Shown here: piece by piece, positions 49,140 to 58,100 of the stretch
Layout: the number at the start of each line of letters is the position of its first letter
How positions within the stretch are numbered: the first letter of the stretch is position 1
Origin: Chamaesiphon sp.
GTDB lineage: Bacteria > Cyanobacteriota > Cyanobacteriia > Cyanobacteriales > Chamaesiphonaceae
Length of the DNA stretch: 64,000 nucleotides
Direction of reading: 5' to 3'
NCBI GenBank assembly: GCA_965246715.1
Contig: CBDFFH010000055.1
Coordinates: 1-64,000, forward strand
Notes under the pieces: generated by a model
Told to the model about the DNA's origin: nothing
Database searches by the model: none
What the model saw: the letters and a program-made list of their open reading frames with translations, nothing else
Translations under genes and position numbers: made by a program

Positions 49140-52100
49140 TTAGAACAGCGTGAAATTATTGCTAGTTAGAGTGGGATTGCCGACTAGTTGGGCGATGCGT
49201 ACTTGGGAAGTTCCATCGATACCATCAGCATCGAAGAATAATCCTCCCGATTGTGAGTTATAGATAAAGCGTTGGCTGGCAGTCGTTGCAAATGAGCCGA
49301 TGCCAAACCGCTCTGCACTTAGCGTACCCACAGGATCGCTACCAAATGCAGCATCGTCTCCAAAACAGCACCGACAGAAAGTTAGCCGATCCTCGCCAGC
49401 TACAAAATCATAAATTTTGTCGATGCCTTCGTTCGGATTATTGAAGCCAAAGGTATCGTTACCCGCACCGCCATAAATCAGATCCACCCCCGCACCGCCG
49501 AAGATGATGTCATTACCCGCACCGCCATAGATGGTGTCGTTGCCGCCATTGCCGAAGATGATATCGTCAGTCGTGAAACCGAATATTCGATCGGCTCCTT
49601 CTGTACCTGATAAGGTGGGTAGGAGATCGTCATTGAGGATCGTCCCCGTCGCACTAGGAGTCACGATCGAAGCATTCACTGCATTGCTGAGATCGAGTTT
49701 GAAGGTTTCATCGGCTTCAAATGTGCGATCGCCAGTCACGCTAATATTGACGATTTTGCTAGTCTCGCCAGGAGCGAAGGTGAGAATGCCTGTTGTAGCG
49801 GTATAGTCGCTCCCGCCTGTCGCGGTACCGTCAGCGGTGGTATATTTCACCGAGACTGTTTTAGTACTAGCTCGATCGAGCGTAATCTGGAAGCCAAAAT
49901 CGGTGACATCGCAGTTATCTTCGGCGAGGGTAACATTACTGATGCTTAGCTTAGGATCGATCGTGTCATCGTTGAGGATCGTACCGACACCAGTACCTTT
50001 ACCGATCGTCGCACCAACGGCGTTGGAGAGGTTGACGTTAAAGATTTCGTCTGACTCAAAATTGGTATCGCCATTAATTTTGATGACAATCGTTTTGCTG
50101 GTTTCGCCAGCAGTAAAGGTGGTAGTACCTGCAATTAGCTCTGATGGGGCAAAGCTGAGAGAGCCAGTTTTGGTGATATAGTCGTTAGTTGCCGTAGCAG
50201 TACGATCGGCAGTGCCATAATCGACAGTAACGAAATCGTCGCTCGCACTACTGAGGGTAACTGTGAAAGTCAGATCTTTAGTGCCGCTATCGCCTTCGAG
50301 GATGCTGACATCATTGATGCTGAGGGTGGGGATGGGATCTTTATCGACGATCGTGACGGTAGCACTACCACCGCCAGAACCGCCAGTGCCACCAGTGCCA
50401 CCACTACCGCCACTACCAGAACCGGAACCGGAACCACTCCCGGAACCGCCACCACTCCCGGAACCGGAACCACCACTACCAGTACCACCAGTACCGATCG
50501 CATAGCCAATATTTGGGCGGAGTGTAACTACACAACTGCGGTAGGCATTGTAGACGTTATTGTTAGCAACGGGAACGCCTAGTGTAGCTGTCGTACTCCC
50601 TGAAGCAAAGGTAATCGAACCCGATCGGGTGCCATAACCCTGGCGGGTGGTAGCATTACCACTGAGATCGAAATCGACTGTCAGGGGATTGCTGGTGTCA
50701 CCAGTACGGGTAAAGGTAAATAAACCTTCACCGATCCCTTCTGTCGATGTGGAATTGGTAGCGACAATGGTAACTACAGGTAGTAGGGGATTGACAACAG
50801 GAGCGATCTCATCATCCGTAATATTGACAGTCCCCAAGCTTATGGTGCCGAGGTTGTAAGTGGCACTAGCAGATAAGTTGAGAACGATAGTCTCAGGAGT
50901 CGCACCTTCATAGCTCGTGTCATCGAGGACATTAACATCGATCGCGGCAGTTGCAGCATTGGCGGCAAATGTCACCGTACCTGTCAAGGATTGATAATCG
51001 CTACCTGCGGTTGCCGTACCGCCGATCGTATAGGTGGCGGTGAGTGTATCGGTAAGACTACCAGTGCGCGTGACTAAGAATCGTCCGTTGTTATTTGGTT
51101 CGCCAGCATCGGCATCGGGGACGCTAACTGTCAGTGTGGGGAGTGCGGGAACTCCAGGGGCAGTATCATCATTGACGATCGTGCCTGTGCCAGTCGCCTT
51201 GCCAATTGTGCCACCAACGGCGTTAGTCAGATTGAGTTTGAATGTTTCATTCGTCTCAATATCGGTGTCACCATTGATTTTGACGATAATAGTTTTGCTG
51301 GTTTCCCCTGGGGTAAAGGTCGTAGTACCGGCAATTAGCTCGGATGGATCAAAACTGAGTGTGCCAGTTTTGGCGAGGTAGTCGCTAATGGCTGTGGCGG
51401 TATTATCTGCCGTACCATAATCGACGGTGACGAAATCGTCGCTGGCATTGCTCAGAGAGACGGTGAAGATTAGATCTTTGGTGCCGCTATCGCCTTCGAG
51501 GATGCTGACATCATCGATGCTGATGACTGGTGCGGTGTCGTTGTCGATAATGTTTACTGTCGCACTACCGCCGCCACCGCCAGCTCCACCGCCACCACCG
51601 CCACCACCGCCACCACCGCCACCGCCACCACCACCAGCTCCACCTCCGCCGATCGAGTAACTACTGCCGCCGCGAAGCGTCACGACGCAACTGCGATAAG
51701 CATTGAAGACGTTATTATTGCCAACCGGAACGCCGAGTGTAGCAGTATTACTGCCAGGAGCGAAAGTAATCGAACCAGAGCGAGTGCCATAGCCTTGACG
51801 GGTAGTGGCATTGCCAGAGAGGTCAAAATCTACTGTCAGAGAGCGATCGGGATTGCCGCCAGTCCGGGTGAATGTAAATAAGCCTTCACCGACACCTTCT
51901 GTCGAGGTGGAGTTGGTAGCAACAATGGTAATTACTGGGAGGGTGTCATCGTTGCGGATGGTACCTGTGGCGGTGACTCGATCGATGCCGCTTGTGTTTT
52001 GGGAATTAGAGAGATTGACAGTGAAAGTTTCATCGCTCTCAAAATCCCGATCGCCATTAACCGCGATATTAATCGTTTTGCTGGTTTCGCCAGGATTGAA

Positions 52101-55100
52101 GGTGACTAAGCCATTTGTGACACCCAGATAATCGGGGTCGAAGTCTGGCGTACCAACGATCGTCGCCGTACCATCGGCAGTATTATAGTTAACCGTCACG
52201 GTTTCGACGGTGGGATTGCTGAGGCTGATATTAAAGCCCAAATTGTTGACGCTAGTGCCTTCTAATTGAGTGGCATCGCTAATCGTCACCGTTGGACGCA
52301 GATCGTTATCGACAATTTTAATCGTGCCAGTATTATTAGCAGGATCGACGCGATAAGTTGCTGGTCGATCGAACTGATGAGTGGAATAATAGCTGCCATC
52401 ATAATAACTATCATCAATTAGCGTGAGGATAGCAGTTTCAGGGCTTGCACCTTCAAAGATATTGTCATCAATAGGTGCCAGCGTGACAGTAGCAGTAGTA
52501 CTGCCAGCCGCAAAAGTTACCGAACCAGGAATCGAGTAGTCAGAGCCATTAGCAGTACCACTGAGGGTATATAAGAAGGTTTTGGCAACACTCTCACCAC
52601 CAACGCGAGTGAATGTAAATTCGCCTGTATTAGCAGGTTGTCCGGCTAGTGTTTCGGCAGCGTTGGCATCGGTGACGGCGAAGCTGATAGTGGGTAGATC
52701 GTCATTAACGATCGTCCCTGTTCCGGTACCTGCGGTCGAGCTAATCGAGCCATTAGTAGCGCCGTTGAGGACGACACCAAAAGTTTCATTGGCTTCAAAA
52801 GTTAGATCGCCATTTATCGCGACATTGACTACTTGGCTGGTTTGTCCGGGTGTGAAGGTGACGAGCTGGTTGGTGACGGCTTGATAATCATTATTAGCTG
52901 TAGTTGCTGCGCCATCTACAGTCGAGAGATTGACTGTCACTGTCTCTGTCGAAGCATTGCTGAGGCTGACGATAAATCCAGCGTTACTACTGCCAGTATT
53001 GCCCTCCGCGACCGCAATATTACCAACTGAAATCGTCGGACGACTATCGTTATCCGCGATCGTGACTATCGCGCTAGCGGCTACGCCAACGGTATAGTCG
53101 GTACCTGAATTTAACGTCAGAATCGCCGTCTCTGGGGTGATGCCTTCAAAGATGCTATCGTCGATAACATTCAAATTGACGAGCGCGGTGTTGCTACCTG
53201 CGGCAAAAGTTGCATTGACTGGAATCGTATAATCCGAGCCGTTAGTAGCTGTGCCAGAGAGGGTGTAATTGACTGTCAATGGTGCCGTAGTCGCACCAGC
53301 ACGGGTAAAGGTAAATTGACCAGCACTGCCACCTTCAGCACCATTTGCGGTGCTAGAGACTGTCACTAGCGCATCGTCATTGACGATCGTGGCAGTTCCC
53401 GTTGCTGTGGTAATACCAGTCGCATTTTGCGGATTGGTGAGATTGACAGTGAAAGTTTCATCTGGTTCGCCTGTCAAATCGCCAATTACGGAGATATTAA
53501 TGGTTTTGGTAGTTTGCCCAGGAGCGAAAGTGACAGTGCCAGTACTAGCCGTATAATCGCTACCAGCAGTAGCAGAACCATTGGCCGTACTGTAGTCTAC
53601 CGTGACTGTTTCGACGCTGGGATTGCTCAGCGTGACGGTAAAGATGGCATTTGTAGTGCCGCTATTACCTTCATTAAGGCTAATGTTATTAATACTAATC
53701 GTAGGACGACTATCGTTATCAGCGATATTAATCATGCCAGTATTATTAGCAGGATCGACGCGATAAGTTGCTGGTCGATCGTACTGATGAGTGGAATAAT
53801 AGCTGCCATCGTAGTAACTATCATCAATCAGCGTCAAAATAGCAGTCTCTGGAGTCGCACCTTCAAAGATGTTATCGTCAGTGGGACTGAGTGTGACTGT
53901 AGCGGTGGTAATGCCTGCGGCAAAAGTTACCGCACCAGGAATCGAGTAGTCAGAGCCATTAGCAGTACCACTGAGGGTATATAAGAAAGTTTTGGCGGCA
54001 CCCTCACCACCCACGCGAGTGAAGGTAAATTCACCTGTATTCACAGGTTGTCCGGCTAGTGTTTCGGCAGCGTTGGCATCGGTGACGGCGACGCTGATAG
54101 TGGGTAGATCGTCATTAACGATCGTCCCTGTTCCGGTACCTGCGATCGAGCTAATCGAGCCATTCGTCGCACTGCTCAGTACTACTCCAAAGGTTTCATT
54201 TGGCTCAAAAGTTAGATCGCCATTTATCGCGACATTTGCAACTTTACTAGTTTGCCCTGGCGTAAAGGTGACGAGCTGGTTAGTTAAGGCTTGATAATCG
54301 TTATTGGCTGTAGTTGCCGTGCCATCTACAGTCGAGAGATTGACAGTGACTGTCTCTACCGAAGCATTGCTGAGGCTGACGATAAATCCAGCGTTACTAC
54401 TGCCAGTATTGCCCTCCGCGATCGAAATATTACTAACTGAAATCGTCGGGCGGCTATCGTTATCGGCGATATTAATGGTACCTGTATTAACACCGATCGC
54501 ATAATTACCACTGGGCGTGAGGGTGAGAATGACAGTTTCGGGAGTCGCACCTTCAAAAATCGTGTCGTCGATAACTGTCAGGTTAACAGATGTAGTAGCG
54601 GCACCTGCGGCGAAGGTGGCAATACCTGTCACGGGTTGATAGTCACTTCCCGCAATCGCAGTACCGCTGAGGGTGTAGGCGACTGCCAATGCGTTAGTTA
54701 GACTACCAGTCCGAGTGAGAGTATAGACACCATTGGCACCACCTTCGGCGGCGTTGGGGTTGGTGACGCTGACGTTGATGCCGTTATCATCATTGAGAAT
54801 CGTTCCTGTGGCGGTGCTGCGAGTAATAGTTGTCGCATTTTTGGCATTGCTGAGGTTGACGGCAAATGTTTCATCACCTTCAACGATAATGTCACCAGTG
54901 ATGGGGACATTGATAACTTGACTGGTTGTGCTTGGGGCAAAGGTGACGGTACCAGTGGCAGTGGTGTAGTCATTACCTGCAACTGTGGCAGTGCCATCAG
55001 ATGTTTTGTAATCGACGGTGACTGTTTCGATGGATGGGTTGCTGAGGGTAACGGTAAATGCGGCGTTACTAGTGCCACTATTACCTTCGACTTTGCTGAC

Positions 55101-58100
55101 ATCAGCGATACTGATTGTGGGGCGACTATCATTGTCGGTAATATCGACGGTAGCAGTAGCACCAAATACATAAGTAGACGGCACATCATAATAGGAAACC
55201 GCATTACCGCCGCTTCCAAATTCAGTAATCACTCGATAACCATTTGACACAACTGTCAAGATCGCCGCCTCAGGGGTAGCACCCTCAAAGATATTATCGT
55301 CAATGACATTGAGATCGACAACCATCGTACTGCTACCAGCAGCGAAGGCGGCTACTCCGGTGACTGAATAATCTTTGTCCTTGGTTGCGGTACCAGTTAG
55401 GGTGTATTGAATGTTAGTTAAAGCAGCGGCATTGGGACCACTGCGAGTCAGGGTGAATTGACCTGGTTTAGCTGTCTCACCAGTCAGTGTTTCTGCTGCA
55501 CTTGCATCATTGGCGACGACGGTAATGGTCGGCACGTCATCATTATTTATCGTACCTATCGCAGTAGCTTTAGCGATCGAACCTTTCGTCGGACTACTCA
55601 GCACCACTCCGAATGTTTCATTATCCTCATATTCAGTGTCGCCATTGACTGCGACATTGACAACTTGACTGGTTGTTCCTGGGGCAAAGGTGATAAGTCG
55701 ATTCGTTAAGGCTTGGTAATCGTTGTTGGCGATGGTTGCTGTACCATCTGTGGTGGAGATCTGAACTGTGACAGCTTCTCCCGTAGCATGGTCGAGCTTG
55801 ACCGTAAATGCGGCATTTTTGGTGCCTGTGTTGCCTTCAGTGATTGCGGGTGCATCGCTAATTGAAATAGTGGGATAGGTATCATCGTTGAGAATCGTCC
55901 CAGTAGCGGTACTGCGAGTAATGCTCGTTACATTTTTGGCATTACTAAGATCGACAGTAAATGTTTCATCACCTTCGACGAGGACATCGCCCTTGACAGG
56001 GACCACGATAGTTTTGCCGAGTATTCCTGGGGCAAAGGTGACAGTCCCAGTTGTTGAGGTATAGTCATTGCCCGCAAGTGTTGCCGTACCATCGGTAGTC
56101 TTGTAATCGACGGTAACTGGTTCTGTAGAGGGGTTGCTTAGAGTAACAGTAAAGTAGGAGTCCATGGTACCGCTATTACCTTCTGTGACACTAGCAGCAT
56201 CGGTGATACTAATTGTCGGACGATTATCGTTGTCGGCAATGGTGACTGTAGCACTATTCGCCGTGCCGACTGCGTATGCATCGCCATATGCACTCGGATA
56301 CAGACTCGGATTGTCATGTGGTGCGATTGTCAGGATCGCAGTCTCTGGAGCAGCACCTTCAAAAATGTTATCATCGTTGACATTGAGATCGATAACTACA
56401 CTACTGACACCAGCGGCAAAGCGGGCTGTAAAGTACGACGATAGTGTGTAGTCTTCATACCTGTCAGATGTACCAGTTATGTTGTATGCAACATCGAGGG
56501 CTTTATCTGTTGGGCCGCTGCGAGTCAGGGTAAATTGACCAGGGTTAGGTGTTTCGCCAGTGAGTGTTTCTGCGGCAATTGCATCGGTGGCGACTATTGT
56601 AATTGTGGGTAGGTCATCATTGCGAATTGTGCCAGTTGATATAATCGTAGTCCCCAATGTGGCATTGGTGGGCGTGCCTAAAGTAACTGTGAAGGTTTCA
56701 TCCGACTCGAATGCTGTATCGCCGTTGATGACGACACTGATATTTTTGCTGGTTTCGCCTGGTTGGAAAGTGAGGGAGCCAATCGTTGTACCGACATAAT
56801 CGCTATTGCTAGTTGTTGCCGTACCATCAGCAGTGGAGTAGGGCACTACAACTGTTTTGGTACTAGGATTGCTTAGTGTGACGGCGAAGTTGGCGATGCT
56901 AGTCCCAGTGTTACCTTCGTTTTGGGAGACGGCTTTGACGATATTGACGATCGGTGGTGTATCGTTGAGAACCGTGCTGTCTGTGTAGCTAAATGCTTTT
57001 GAGGTTAGATCGATCGTCGTATTATCGATACCTCGCAACACGGCGATGAGTTCGGTACCCCGATAGAGAGCGGTACTCGGAGCAGTGACACCACCAATCG
57101 TAGTCGCCGTTACCGAGTAGTCTGTGGCTGCACCGCGCAGTTGGATGACATCTTGGGTAAGACTAAAATCGGTAATTTTGGCGTAATCGCCATTGCCACT
57201 AGTTGCGTAGAAGTCTTTGCCATTAGCAGCGAGGACGAAGATATCGTTATCCGCACCACCCGTGAAGGTATCGATTTCAGCATTCCCAGGGTTCGTGTCG
57301 CTGTTGTTGACACCAATAATGGTGTCATTTCCGGCATTACCATTGATGGTGTCATTTCCTTTACCACCAATTAAAATATCGTTTTGGTTGCCACCAGAAA
57401 TATTATCATTTTGGTTAGTCCCAGTAATATTGACCTTCTCAATATTTGAGTAGATAACGCGATCGTAACCGCTAGCATTCCCAGCATAAAAATCACCAGC
57501 ACCAGTGCCCAAATTCTGGCTATTAACAACTAGTCCAGAAGTATATGCCTTAGCAGAATAATCTAAGACTAAAGTATCGGTACCAGCACCACCATCAACA
57601 CTATCGTACTGATTGATATTGCCATCGCTCGTACCAGGATTGAGAATGTCATCGCCATTTCCACCAGTAATCGTATCTACACCAGCACCACCAGAAATGG
57701 TGTCATTGCCATCGCCACCAGCGAGATTATCATTACCAGTACCCGCAGTAATGGTGTCATTACCCAATCCACCCGTAACAACGTTAGTGCCATCTTTGAC
57801 ATCAATGATATCATTGCCATCACCACCATCGACAGTATCGTTAAAGTTACCAGCAAGGACTGTATCATTGCCACTACCCAACTTAATATTTATAGCCTCA
57901 ATATTAAGTAATTGTGTCCCATTTGACAGGGTATTATTAGCATTACTTAAATCGATAGTAGTAGCAGTTGTGGTACTCGCAATATCTACGACAGCTGTAT
58001 CATTACCACTGCCACCATCGATCGTATCTACGCCAGTATGCCCATCGAGCGTATCATTACCCGCACCACCGATTAAAATATCATTAGAATTACCGCCAGA

